From Lama glama (taxonomy: Eukaryota): a stretch of DNA of 64,000 nucleotides. The notes below the pieces were generated by a model, which saw only the letters and a program-made list of their open reading frames with translations, ran no database searches and was not told where the DNA came from. This document shows, one piece after another, positions 35,421 to 46,654 of this stretch. Made by a program: the position numbers and the translations under genes. Position 1 is the first letter of the stretch. Each line of letters starts with the position of its first letter. The stretch is taken from the NCBI GenBank assembly GCA_028534125.1, contig CM052820.1, positions 434,001-498,000 of the forward strand. The letters run 5' to 3'.

Positions 35421-35876
35421 CTCAGGGCGGTGGGGGCGTGCTGTGGGCGCCATGGAGGGCCTGCCCTCCCCTTGCCCTCTCCCTCCCCAGCACTTCTTTT
35501 AAAGATGTGCACCATGATGATTTTTAGGTAACTTTTGGAAGTTTCAGCTCCACAATAGGGTAAAACGCAAGCCAGTCATTTATTTATAAAAAAAGCTTAC
35601 ACTATTGTAAGAAGCAAGGACGAGTGCCAGTGACACTAGCCTGAGAATACAGCTGTCCCCCTGTCAGTCCGGGGGCACACCTGTCCACCTGTGTCCGCTT
35701 GGGAACAGCCGGTCTACGTACCAGCCTTTCAGCCAAGTCCACAGGGCCCCCCGTGCCACCCTGTGGGCAGGGGTGTGCTCAGTGTGCACCTCCGTCCCCA
35801 GCTCTGCACAGGGCCTGCACACCCACCTCAGGAGACACCGGGGAGGCCTGGGAGCTGAAGGGGAGAGGACACTTAC

Positions 35877-35972
35877 GTAGGTGTGCCTGAGAACACCACG
35901 AAACAGCCCGCCAGGAACACCACACCAGTGTGCCCACCACTGCTGCTGGCAGGAGCCAGCCTGTGCAGAGCC
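35877..35972 (-). pseudogene. ANO7: ANO7 remnant 9 LCTGWLLPAAVVGTLV / FLAGCFVVFS
   Basis: AG/GTAAGT; 5-nt tandem duplication 35918-35927 shifts frame. Confidence 0.9.
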
Positions 35973-37407
35973 CTGCAGAGGGGGCACTGGGGTCAGCTGT
36001 CAGGGACCTGGTGGCCCGTGCCCCCAGTGCTGGGCTGAGCCTGAGGTGGGGGTCTCCACAGCCACATTTCTCCTCCAGGGAGCACACTCAGCCAATGCTG
36101 AGTCTTCTAGGAGGAAACTGAGGGGACCGGTCCTCAGGGGTGTCCCCTGGCAGCTCTGGGTACAACTCCTCGCTCCTGGCCTCTGGCCCTCCCACCATGC
36201 TGACTTGGGCACCAAACCCAAGGGCTCTACCCAGGTGCTTCCTGCCCCCTGGACACCCCTTTCCTGAGCCCTATCTGCCTCCAACCAACTCCTGGGGTGG
36301 GTGTCCCCTCTTTGACAGGCATATCGCCCACCCATTCCCAGTTCTGGGAGCCTGGGGGTCATTCTGGATGCCTCCGGCTCTGCACCCAGCCCCACCATGG
36401 CCAGGTCCTAAGGTGCCCCCCAGTCCCTCAAGTGTGCACCCTGTCTGCCTCCCAAAGGTCTAGCCCAGGTCCATCCCAGCCTGGTGTCCTGTCTCCCCTG
36501 CATTGGCCAGTGACTTCTATAAAATGCAAGTCTGTCTAGAACCCAGCCAAGGACCCCACCCATCGGCCATCCATGGCCTGCACCTGGCCTTGCTGTCCCG
36601 GGGCCCTGCTCCTCCTCGGCCCCAGGAAGGAGCCCCAGGTCCTTGTGCACGTGGGCTGTGCCTTGGGCATCAGTGCTCTGGCCCTGCGCACCCTGCGTGG
36701 CAGCCCCCGACCCCGTCCAGGTCCACAGCAGTTGTGGATGGCCTCCCTTTCTGTGTCACCCAGAGCTGGGACACTCCACAAAGGCAGGACCCCCTGCCTC
36801 GCACAGCACCCTGACACGGCTCACAGTTTGAACGGAGATGTGCGCAGCATGAGTGCACAGGCCCGGGGGGGCAGGCACACTTGCTGTCTTTGGGGGCAAG
36901 ACAGGACTTCAGGTGACTAGGGCACAGAACTCGGGGGAGGTGGAGGCTGTGAGGAAAGCAAGGAGCCTGGGGCTGCCCAGGGCAGATGGCCATCCCAGAG
37001 GTGCCAACCTGTCTGGAGGAGGGGAGACAGTGGACCCCTGGGCCTTGGGCAGGGTGACCGCTGTGCCAGGAGTTCCTGGGGTGGCCCAGGACTTCACTGG
37101 ACATGTCTGCTGGACCAGGGACATTGAGGACTGGGGTTGAAAGGGGCTCTTGCTTGCAGAAAGGGGTTCCCAGACCCGCACCAGAGCATTACGAGGGCCC
37201 CAAATGGTCACAGTGCTCGGGTACCTTACTGAGGCCAGACGGCTGGGCAGAAGCAGGGTTCGGCCAGGGAACGCTGGCCTAGGAGGGGTTGGTGTGGCCA
37301 GTGGCTGAGCCCCATGCATGGCTCCCCTCCTGGGGACATCGGTTAGCAGACTGTTACCCAGAAGACCAAGCTGGGGCCCAGAAGTCCCTGAGGGGCACGG
37401 GACTCAC

Positions 37408-37572
37408 CGAGCCAGGTGAAACGGGCAGCCGTCTTCTCCCCAGGCACCGGCGCACCTGGTCCAGAGGCTGGTGCTCGTTCCACTGGTGCCCGCGGGCCCA
37501 GCGCTGGAGCAGCACCTGTTGCTGGCTGAGGCCCAGAGCCCGCGGACTCTCTAGGGGCACCACCAAGGGGCC
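37408..37572 (-). pseudogene. ANO7: ANO7 remnant 8 GPLVVP...QPLDQVRRCL / EKTAARFTWL
   Basis: AG/GTGAGT, 165 nt; -1 frameshift at GEK. Confidence 0.9.
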
Positions 37573-38549
37573 CTGGGGATGAGAAGCCATCGGGCAGGGA
37601 GATCCCAGGATGGTCCGGGCATCCTCCCCCACCAGACACTATTCTAGGTCTGGGGGCTTCAGCACCCCCACTGTGGGCAGACGGCCAGACAAACCCCGGG
37701 ACTCAGGACTGCTGAGGACAAAAGGGTCACGCTGGGGGCTGGCGTCCAGGAAGGCCCCTCTGAGGAGCGCACATCTGTGTTAAGCCCCCTGGCCTGGGGC
37801 TCCCAGGTTCCAGGTCCAGGGCAGTGGAGGGGCCTGGAGGGCGGCCCTGGGAGGAGCTGGTGGCTGTGGTCAGTCGGATCCGTGTCTCCAGGCAGGGATC
37901 TGGCAGTCCCTGGCCATGGCCAGGCCAGTGGGGCAGGCCGTCCCGGCCCCGGCCAGCAGGGAGAGCATGCCCCTGGGTGAGGGGGTGCCGGGCGTGGGCA
38001 CTGGGCCACTCCCTGTGCACGCCCTCACTGACCCCTCGGTGGCATCTCAGGGTCACACAGCAGTGGGTGGGGGACTGACCTGGGGCCCTTAGGCCCCGTC
38101 GCCCCTCCCTGAAACTCTGAGGGCCTCATGGTGGGCGGCTGCAGGGGCGGGGAGTCAACAGCCTCCAGACCCAGAGGGGGGACATTTTGTCAGGGGTGAT
38201 GGTAAGGCTGACGAGTCTGGTACTGTGGCCGCTGGCGAGGTGAGCACCCCTCCCTGGCGATGCCTCGGTTTACCTCGCTATGTGACAGGCACATGAGACC
38301 TCCCCCTCCTCCCTGAGAGGGAAGCCGCCCAGGGAGACTGGGCCCGTGGCGGGCGCGCCGCAGGCCACACCGGGCCCAGTCATGCACAGGGGTGCTGCTG
38401 ACCACAGCTGCCGTCGTGGGAGGGCAGGGCCCGCTGCCTCACATGCCTGGGCAGGACCTGGGTTCCTCCTCATCCAGACACTCACCCTCTGGCGGCAGCC
38501 TGAGCCTCCCGCCCCAACCCAGCTGGGCCCCTCCGGCCCCAGGATTCAT

Positions 38550-38660
38550 GTCGTGCAGGGGGAGGGCTGCGCTGAAGACAGCCTCCCCCAGCAGCTGGTT
38601 GATCCCAAGCAAGCCTTTTTTCTTGTGGCCATAGGGGGTCTTGGCCAGGATCTCAAACAG
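38550..38660 (-). pseudogene. ANO7: ANO7 remnant 7 LFEILAKTPYGHKKK...LPLHD
   Basis: 111 nt open; donor reads ATGAAT (no GT). Confidence 0.9.
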
Positions 38661-39487
38661 CTGGGGGTGGTGGGGAAGGCACCAGTCACAGGACAGCGGG
38701 GCAGGGACATCCTGGCCCTCCTGTCTTGGGACTCAGCCCACGGGTGGCCTCTTGGGGCCCCTGGTGACAGCGGTGAAGACACACCCAGGTCCTGCTCATG
38801 TCACCGGCCCACATGGCACGACCCCTCTTTGTAGACGGGAGGCCTTGGCTCACGGCAGTCATGTCTGGGTTTGAACCCACGCCCTGGCCAAGCGCAGCCC
38901 ACTCTGCATGGACCCTCGGTCTGGGCAGGGGTCAGCCTCCACCTGGAGGCCTGTCTTGGGGGGGCCTGGCCCCTGAGGGGCAGCCCACGTGGCCTGGGCC
39001 TTCGGTTGTCAGCAGCCGGTTCTGCTGGGCAGTCCCATCCCAGCCGCTGCCCCAGCACAGGCCCCCGGGGGGCCCAGCTCTGCCCGCCCCTCTCAGGCTG
39101 CTGCAGCTGCTGGTCTGCTCTGGCCCTTGGCTCCCTGCCTCACTGGCCAACAGGGCCCCCCGCCCTCTGGCCCAGCAGTCTTGGCTGTCTGTCCCACAAA
39201 CCCTTGAATGTGAGACCCAACTGGGTCCCTTGGGTCCCCGAGAAGCACGGGCCAGCTCTGCCTTTGCAGCCTGGGGATGTGCTCCCCTTGTGGAGAGAGG
39301 AGGGGTGGCCTCTGAGCCTCTGGCCCCACCTTGGGGTCTCCGGCCGGGGACACTGTCCCTCTGGTCAGTATGCAGAAAGGTCTTCCTGTATCCACGGGGG
39401 CCTCTGCTCCCGGGGGGCAGAGTTTCTGGGGCTGCAGCCTTTCAGGCCTGGGTCAGGGCGCGGGGCTTACGGCAGGACCCTGCTCAC

Positions 39488-39546
39488 AATGTGGTGCCTT
39501 GCAGGTGCTGGGGAAGAAGGCGTCCAGGTCGCCACTGCCGAGGACC
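39488..39546 (-). pseudogene. ANO7: ANO7 remnant 6 VLGSGDLDAFFPST / RHHI
   Basis: AG/GTGAG, 59 nt; +1 frameshift. Confidence 0.85.
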
Positions 39547-40464
39547 CTGCAGGGTGAGGGGCGCTGGGCCCAGGCCTACCCCATGCCTCGGGCCGCAGCC
39601 GCGGGCCCTGGGCAGCACGGGCAGCTCCCATTGTGCCTCTTCTTTCCCAGAGGCAGGAGCACACGGCAGGTTCTCTGGCTGCAGCAGAACCCCTCACAGG
39701 GCAGAAGGAGTGGACTGCGCTTGGGCAGAGGGTCCCATGGCCACCTGTGTGTCTCCTGAAGCTCCGAGCTCGGGGCCACAGGCCTCTCTCTGGGAGGTGT
39801 CTGATGGTGGCCTGTGTGTCCAGATGGTTGACCCGAGGGCCCTCCCTGGGACACCAGAGTCTTGGGAAGCCCTGGGGTAGGGCAAAAGTGAGGAAGGCTG
39901 AATCTCCCCCCAGCCCAGAAAGCAGGTGTTCTCAGCGTGGGCAGTGAGACCCTGAGGGAGTTTCTGGTGCTGGTCACCCACGCGGGTCCCCACCAGGCCT
40001 GACGCCGCCCTAACCTGCATGCTGGCTGTGGCTGTGTGACTCGCTTTGGCCAGTAACAGGTCCATGGAAGAGGCGTCTCCAGCGGGGCCTCCAGGAGCCA
40101 GTGTGGACACGCCACCTGCACTTTCTGTGTGAGAGGGAACCTCCACCCTCCCGGGCCCACCCACCACAGACCCATGGCTGAGCAGGAAGCGGAGCTCTGA
40201 GTCCAGCCACTGAGCTGGGGGGTGCTCGTTCCACACCACAACCTGACTGTTCTGACTGATACGATGACACGTAGGTGAAGCGGACATGCATTGAGAGCTT
40301 GCACACCTGGGACTGATGGCCTCTAGTTGAAAAGCTCTGGAAAGGAGCGTTTAGGCGGAGAGCCCCACATTTTAGTTCTCACTTGTTCCTTCTTCATCCC
40401 TGGTTCTTCGTCAGGCCTGGGACCCATGTGAGTCTGCCCGGCTGGCCGGGTGGGGCCATCTCAC

Positions 40465-40601
40465 CTTGACAGCTTACTGGCTGTGAACTGGCAGGAGTAG
40501 GACTCGGGGGACACGTCAGGCACTTCCTCCAGAAGGATGTTGGAGACGCCCAGCTGCTCCAGTGGGCTGGCCATCCAGTTGGAGGCCTGGCTGGGCAGCT
40601 C
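40465..40601 (-). pseudogene. ANO7: ANO7 remnant 5 ELPSQASNW...SKLSR
   Basis: AG/GT, 137 nt, open. Confidence 0.9.
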
Positions 40602-41272
40602 CTGGAAGGGGACACGGATGCCATGCGGTGGGGTGGGTGTGCGGGTTTGCAAACAGGGCAATGGGAGAAAGGGCTCCAGCCGAGGGAACAGCACCGCCCT
40701 CCCCGGGCCATGCTACAGACCCTGTGGGGAGACCAGGCAAGCCCCTTCCCCTCTCTGGGCCTCAGACTCTAGGGCTGCTCTGCTGGTCAGTTTGAGGCCC
40801 AGAACCTCTCATGGCAGAAGGGACAAAGGGGTGGTGACTGTCTCTTTGTCCAGCCCCAGGCCATGCTGGGCCAAGGGAGCCCACAGACTGGGTGCAGAGC
40901 TGCCCTGAGCCTGCCATCCTGAGTTCAGCCGGGAGCTGCAGCCCCTCCACCCCGTGTCCCCTGTCTGCAAAGCTGGCCCTCAGGGGGCGGCCTGGAGGGG
41001 GTCTGCGCCTGGAGGGGTCCAGGTGGTCAGCTCAGAGCCTTGGCTGCCGCACTGCTCCCCCCTCCCCGAGCCACCACGGGTGCCACCCCTCATCTGACTT
41101 GCCAGCGAGGCTTCTTGGTGCACCGTGTGCTGGGGGGAGCAGAGACGGAGTGGGGGCCCCGGGCTTCCCAGCACTGGCAGTGGCACTGGGACACGGGGTG
41201 CAGTCACGAGGGACCCTGGCTCCTGGGAGCATCTCCAGGCCCTCTCTCTGCCCGCCACAAGGCCCCAGGTAC

Positions 41273-41380
41273 CTGCAGGGGCAGCTGCAGACGCAGGTCC
41301 TCTGCGCCAACAGCAGAGCACAGACCGGGGGCGCCGAGGAGGAGGTAGTGCACTGCGCTCTCCTCATCCTGGACGTCACG
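41273..41380 (-). pseudogene. ANO7: ANO7 remnant 4 RDVQDEESAVHYLL...AEDLRLQLPLQ
   Basis: AG/GT, 108 nt; internal -1/+1 indel pair. Confidence 0.88.
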
Positions 41381-41424
41381 CTGCGGGGACAGGGGCTCTG
41401 TGAGAGCCTGGGGCACACGTGGGC

Positions 41425-41520
41425 TTGCACATGCATGTGTGCGCAGGTGTGGTCATCTTTATGAACTTGTGTGCACATGTGAGTGTGCACATGTGTATGT
41501 ATGCCCATGAGTGTGTGTGT
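41425..41520. repeat. Degenerate (TG)/(CATG) simple repeat
   Basis: Alternating purine-pyrimidine tract. Confidence 0.6.
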
Positions 41521-42220
41521 CCTTTCACACTCAGGAAGAGAGGCTTCCTGTAGCCACGGTGGCAACTGACCAGCACTGGTTTTAAACTATTTGATGAATG
41601 ACAAGTTCCTTCTGTGGTCCTGCTCCAGGAAGTCGACTGTCAGGGCTGCTCCTGTTTGGAAGTCAGCCAAGGAGGGACAGACAGACACCGCGAGGCTGCC
41701 AGCTGCCCCCCGCCCCCGCCGGTGCCTGCAGCACGCTGACCTCAGTGGGAAGTAAACCCAGCTGCTTCAGTGAACAGCGTCTCGGCCTTCGACAAGCCAC
41801 CAGGTATCCGGGGGCGTTACGCACATGTGATAGAAGTGAGCACATGGCTGTGCAGATGTGGGTGGGCATGGCAGTGCACACGTGTGCAGACGTGACAGGC
41901 TCTCCCGGAGCCCAGAGGGGGAATTTTCATTTCCAGGGTCTGCTGTCTCTCTGTGTGCACCTGCTTCCCAAATCAGTGATTCTCAGCCTCAGGGGTTCCC
42001 TGACCGTCCTGGGCCAGATGCCTGCTTCGGCAGGAGGAGATAACCTGGCCTGCGGTCAGTGGTTCCGCAGCTGTAGGGGGCTCAGGGAGGAGGCCCCCCG
42101 CAGGACTCTGGGGCTTGATCTGTTGCAAGGCTCTGGACGCCACACCCTCAGGCCCTGTGGGGCAAGGTCACAAATCACTGAACGAGTGCAGAGCCAGGGC
42201 CTACAACCAGCCCCACGTGC

Positions 42221-42360
42221 CTGCTCCACGTGCAGCCCAGCCGCAGGCAGCTTACCCAGGAAGGCGCGCCCCCCGCCCCTGCACGCCCGTCTTGTCCAGG
42301 GTGGCACTGTCCTGCTGCTGACCCTACCTCAGGTCTTCCCCTTGAAGGGCATCTTCCAAA
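42221..42360 (-). pseudogene. ANO7: ANO7 remnant 3 GEDLR*GQQQDSATLDKT / AFLGKLPAAGLHVEQ
   Basis: In-frame TAG 42326-42324, 2-nt frameshift, GC donor; acceptor position approximate. Confidence 0.85.
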
Positions 42361-42829
42361 CTTCAGGGCAGGACAACGGAGCCCAAGAGGGGCAGAGGCA
42401 TTGCTGGGGGAGGCGTGGTCAGAATTAGGGGCTGCGAAGGGCCCTGGGCTTGAGGGGCGTGGAGGGGCCAGAGCCACAGGCCTGTGAGGAAACACTGGGC
42501 CCTGGCTTGCTTACACACTGAGGCAGCTAAGGGGCTGGTGGACACCAGAGACCCCCTGGAACCGCGGCCAGACAGAAAGGAGGGAGACTGCTGCGCACCC
42601 TGGCTTTCCAGCTGAGGCTCCCGGGCCGTGCCCCAGGAGCACAGTCTGTGCCATAAGAGTAAGAAACGCGCCTTAGGAAGGAGCGCGGAACTGAAGCGGG
42701 CCTGTCCCAGCCCCCAGAACCGGGCTCGAGCAGGCCCAGGCGACCTGCCGGTCACCTGGCTGCCTTTCAGAACAAAACAGCACTGTATGGGAAGTTCACA
42801 GAATGAGCAGAGGCAGACCCAGAGATGAA

Positions 42830-44345
42830 CCATACAGCCAGCAGAAGATGGCTATAAATAATGTCAGTTATTAAGTCAAAAGAGGAAAAGGAGTAAAGAA
42901 TGGAACAAATGGTCTGAGTAACAATTGGAACATTTCAAGAGAGAATTAGAATTTATGAAAAGGATTCAAACGAACATTCTGAAACAGCAGAACACAGCGT
43001 ATGACATTAAGAACTCGTTGGACAGGTTTCATAATAGACTAGACTCAACAGAAGACAGGGCTGCCAAACTTAAGGCTAGACCAGTAGGAAAGTGAAGCTC
43101 AGAGGAAAAAGAATGGAAAGAGCAGAGCAGGGTGCAAGGCGGTCGCGGTCACGGTCAGAGGGCCAACAGACTGCCCTGAGAACCAGGAGGGAGAAGGAAG
43201 GACGCGACCTGTGAACATGAATGTTTCCAAATGATGGAATAAAGCAATCCAAAGACTCAAAATGCTCAATGACCCCCACACAGGATTTAAAAACTGACAC
43301 GTAGGAAAACCATGGTATAGCGTAGCTTTGCTGTGTTATAGACAAGGCGAGATCTTAAAAACAGCAGGAGAAGCAGCACTAGTTACAGCAGCCAAGACAT
43401 GGAAGCACCTCGACGGTGCCCGTCGACAGATGACCGCATAGAGAAGATGTGGTGTGTTTATACAATGGAGTACCACTCGACCATAAAAAGAACGAAATCA
43501 CGCCATTTGCAGCAAGATGGTTGGACCTAGGGATTGTCATTCTAAGTGAAGTAAGTCAGACAGGGAAAGACAAGAAGCATATGATATCACTTACACGTGA
43601 AATCTTAGAAAAAGATACAAATTTTATTTACAAACCAGAAATAGTCTAGAGGACATAGAGAACAAACTATGGTTACCAGTGGGGAGGAGGGGAGGGAAAA
43701 ATGAGGAGTTTGGGATTAACAGATACACACTACTGTATATAAAATGATAAACAAAAAGGACCTCCTGTACAGCACAGGGAACTAAATTCAGTATTTTTCA
43801 ATAACCTATAATGGGAAAGAATCTGAAAGAAAAAGTGTGTGTATGTACGTATCTGCACAACTGAATCACTTTGCTGTGCACCTGAAACTATCATTGTACA
43901 TCAACTACACGTCAATAAAAAATAAAATTGGAAAAAACAGCAGGAGGAAAAAAAAACCACATTATTTTTCAGGGGAACAATAACAATATAGGCACAGGCT
44001 TTCCCAACTGAAACAGTGGCGGCCAAGACAGTGGACTGACGTCTTTAAAGTGTTGGGGGAAATACTGCAAACTAGAATTCTTTATCCAGTGGAAATGCTC
44101 TTCAGAAATGAAGGCTAAATGAAGACATTCTCAAACCTTCAAAATCTGAGGGATTTTGTCCCAGCACATCTGCTCTACTGGAAACACTAAAGGAAATTCT
44201 TCATGAAAGACATAATTGCAGGTGGAAGTGCAGGTGTGCAAGGATGGATGCACAGACCACGAAGGACGAATACACAGTGAGTGGAAAGGACAACTATGTG
44301 AGTTCATTGCTGCATTAATCACAATAGTCAAAAAAAGGAAACAAC
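42830..44345 (+). mobile_element. Old L1M ORF1-region fragment hosting a nested L1
   Basis: A-rich ORF1-like motifs (AACTAGAATTCTTTATCCAGTGGAAATGCTCTTCAGAAATGAAGG). Confidence 0.7.
43371..43932 (+). mobile_element. Nested 5'-truncated LINE-1 3' end
   Basis: ORF2 tail KKNEITPFAARWLDLGIVILSEVSQTGKDK, AATAAA tail, 14-bp TSD AAAAACAGCAGGAG (43357-70, 43933-46) at TT/AAAA. Confidence 0.9.
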
Positions 44346-44359
44346 CCAAATGCCCATCA

Positions 44360-44580
44360 TAAACCCAGAAGTGGAATTGCTGGATCACACGTGGCAGCTC
44401 TGGGCTTAACTTTGGGGGACCCACTGTGCTGTCCTCCGCGGCAGCCGCACCAACCCGCGTTCCTGCCAGCAATGCACGAGGGGCCCGATTTTTCTGCATC
44501 TTCACCAGCACCTCTTTTCTGTTTTGTTTTTGTAGCTGTTGTGGTTGTTTAAAGAACAACCATCCTGGTGGGTTCGAGCT
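44360..44580 (-). mobile_element. L1 ORF2 3' fragment, antisense
   Basis: ACCCAGAAGTGGAATTGCTGGATCA...CAGCAATGCACGAGGG. Confidence 0.7.
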
Positions 44581-44974
44581 TGGGGTGTTTACTTCTCACA
44601 TGGGTCTTCCTGGTGCTGCGTGGGGAGTGGCATTGGCCAGGGGGAGCACAGGTGGGCGCGGCTGCAGGCCCCTGGGGAGATGTCGGTGGCTTGGGGCAGA
44701 CGGGGCAGTGGGCTGGGGAGTGAGGAGGTGGGCCGCTCTGTCTGTGGGGAACCCCTTCCTGTGTCTCCCGGGCGTGTCCTGCCCACCCCATCCTCCAGCA
44801 CAGCAGCTGGTGCTGGCGCTGGCTCAAGAGGTGCCGTTGGGTGAGGAAGGGGAGGCCTGGTCACTGAGGACGGTGACCTGGGCCACTGTCCTCCTGCCAC
44901 CCGTGGGCGCCCCACCTGTGTCCCCACCCCCAGCACCAACGTGGGCACAGCTGGCAGATACTGGGAGGGGTCAC

Positions 44975-45032
44975 TGATCCAGGGCTTGGCAGGGCTTCCC
45001 ACCTTGTGGGCGGCCACCTGGTGTCCACCTGG
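44975..45032 (-). pseudogene. ANO7: ANO7 remnant 2 PGGHQVAAHKVGSPAKPWI
   Basis: AG/GT intact, 58 nt. Confidence 0.85.
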
Positions 45033-45834
45033 CTGGAAGGAAGGGACAAGGAGTGGTGGCGTCTGGCCACATGGGCAGACACGCTTGGGGGAGGGCCAGC
45101 TGGGCCCTCTCCAGCTGCTCCAGGGGCTGCCACGGCCGCCGAGCGCCCCGCCTGGGCTGTGGGCCGGGCTAGGTCTGAAGGCAGCCTGGGCAGGACCCAG
45201 GGGTGCCCACTGTGCAGCCTCCAGAGTCTGGAGAAGAGCTGGATGGCCCCTCAGTGCCTGCGGACAGGCCAGAGGTGGTCACAGCCCTGGAAGTGGAACC
45301 CTTCGGTTTCTAGACGTTCCAGGTGAGTGAGGCCTGTTTCTCTGAGGCTCATCGCACCTGTGTTGTGGGGGGCAGGGAGGGGGGCACCTTCCACTCTCAG
45401 GCCATGGGGGGTGGGCAGCACCCTGGAGGCAGAGGGGGGCCCAGGAAGACCAGGCAAGAGGACACTCCGCAGCAGGGCCTCTGGGGTCTGGGGCCCAGCA
45501 TCTCCCCCAGCAGCCTCCGCTAGGGTGTCTGTGGACCCCAGGGATTGGGGGGAGCCCCTAGAGATGGACTTGGGGAAAGAAGGCCCACAGCAGGTGGGGA
45601 CTTTTCTGCAGGCCCCAGGAGGTGTGTCCTCCTCTGGGTTTGACCCTGGGGACAAGGCTGACTGGGGGAGAGCCTGAGGCACGGACAGAGGCCTTCAGGA
45701 TCCTTGGGGCCGCACAGTGGCTGCCCTGGGCCCTGGGGATCTGCTGGAGCCTGAGACAAGGTTGGGCCTAGTGCCCTCACCCCAGCGCTTTTAAAAAGGC
45801 ATCTGGGCCCCAGGGTGACCCGAATCCCCATGCC

Positions 45835-45976
45835 ATCACTAACCTGGACCCTGACTCTTACGTTGGCCTAAACCTACCCCATCATAACCTCACCCTTCCA
45901 TAGCGCTGACCCTCACCCTCTCTAGCCCGTCTACAATTAACCTGCACCCGCACCCTGACCCCGACCCTGACCCTGA
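45835..45976. repeat. Degenerate (CCCTGA/CCCTCA/CCTAA) hexamer array
   Basis: ACCCTGACCCCGACCCTGACCCTGA plus upstream 6-bp periodicity. Confidence 0.6.
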
Positions 45977-46551
45977 TGCGTGCATCTGCCCCGGGATCGG
46001 GCCCTCCCCATCACCTGTGTGCTGACGACCTGGCAGGCAGCAGAGAAGCAGACGCAGCCAGTGCCCGCTCTCCACCCAGACCTGACTCCAGTCCTCTCTG
46101 CTGTGCTCGCTCAACCCCAGAGGGTGCAGCCCGCGTCCCTGCTCCTCCCCGGGCCCACCTGCTGCCCCTGGGCCCTTTCAACCCTCAGAACAGGTAGTCG
46201 TGTTGTAAGAATTATGGTTTCAACACACGTTGCACTGATCCATTGCTCTGCAGCCCCTTGCGTCTCCCCTTGCTGGTGGCTCACTGGCCTCCCTGGAGCG
46301 GCCTCATCTGGCCTGTCCCGGGGATCTCTGCTCATCCCGCAGGGCGGTGGCCCGACAGTGAGGGTGAAGGACATCCCCTCTCCCATCGCTGGGGCAGCTG
46401 AGGGTTTGGGGGTTGCTGAGGAGCAGGAGGGAAGACCCGGTGGGTGTTGCAGGGGCCGCTGTCCCCAGGTCCCTGTGTCCCCTTCATACACCTACAGCAG
46501 ACTGAGCCTGGGCTGGGCAGCAGGGCGGGGGGCCGGGCAGCGGGTAGCTGC

Positions 46552-46654
46552 CTCTGCGGCTGGCTATGCTCCCGTAGGAGTCCCCCTTCTCTGGCCCGGG
46601 GACCACGCTGGTCAGGACAGCACCGCCCTCTTCCGGGACCTGTCTGCGCAGCAT
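46552..46654 (-). pseudogene. ANO7: ANO7 remnant 1, ATG exon MLRRQVPEEGGAVL...SYGSIA
   Basis: ATG at 46654; 103 nt to a GC in place of a GT donor; apparent 2-nt loss near the end. Confidence 0.75.

Larger units (their letters stand above)
22792..46654 (-). pseudogene. ANO7: ANO7 (anoctamin-7/TMEM16G/NGEP) unitary pseudogene, 23 colinear exon remnants
   Basis: Peptides matching ANO7 (MLRRQVPEE, GSPAKPWI, AEDLRLQLPLQ, QPLDQVRR, TGWLLPAAVVGTLV, CPFWLLSSAC, DHGGTVFFSLFMALWAV, MHRTQTKFEDAF, LFDEYL, PLAPLFAPLNNWV, LVVPNIPESVEI) in order between PPP1R7 and HDLBP; stop, frameshifts, deletions, lost donors. Confidence 0.93.

Noticed and set aside
38798-39880. 360-aa ORF, and similar ones at 46695-47684, 57176-58099 and 59248-60285
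   Set aside because: No recognisable domain, Pro/Gly/Arg/Ala-rich; long ORFs arise by chance at this GC content
22792-46654. Intact ANO7 CDS with sequencing errors
   Set aside because: Lesions are numerous and varied (stop, multi-codon deletions, duplications, donor loss), and the neighbouring genes are error-free
22792-46654. Processed ANO7 retrocopy
   Set aside because: Introns and synteny are retained
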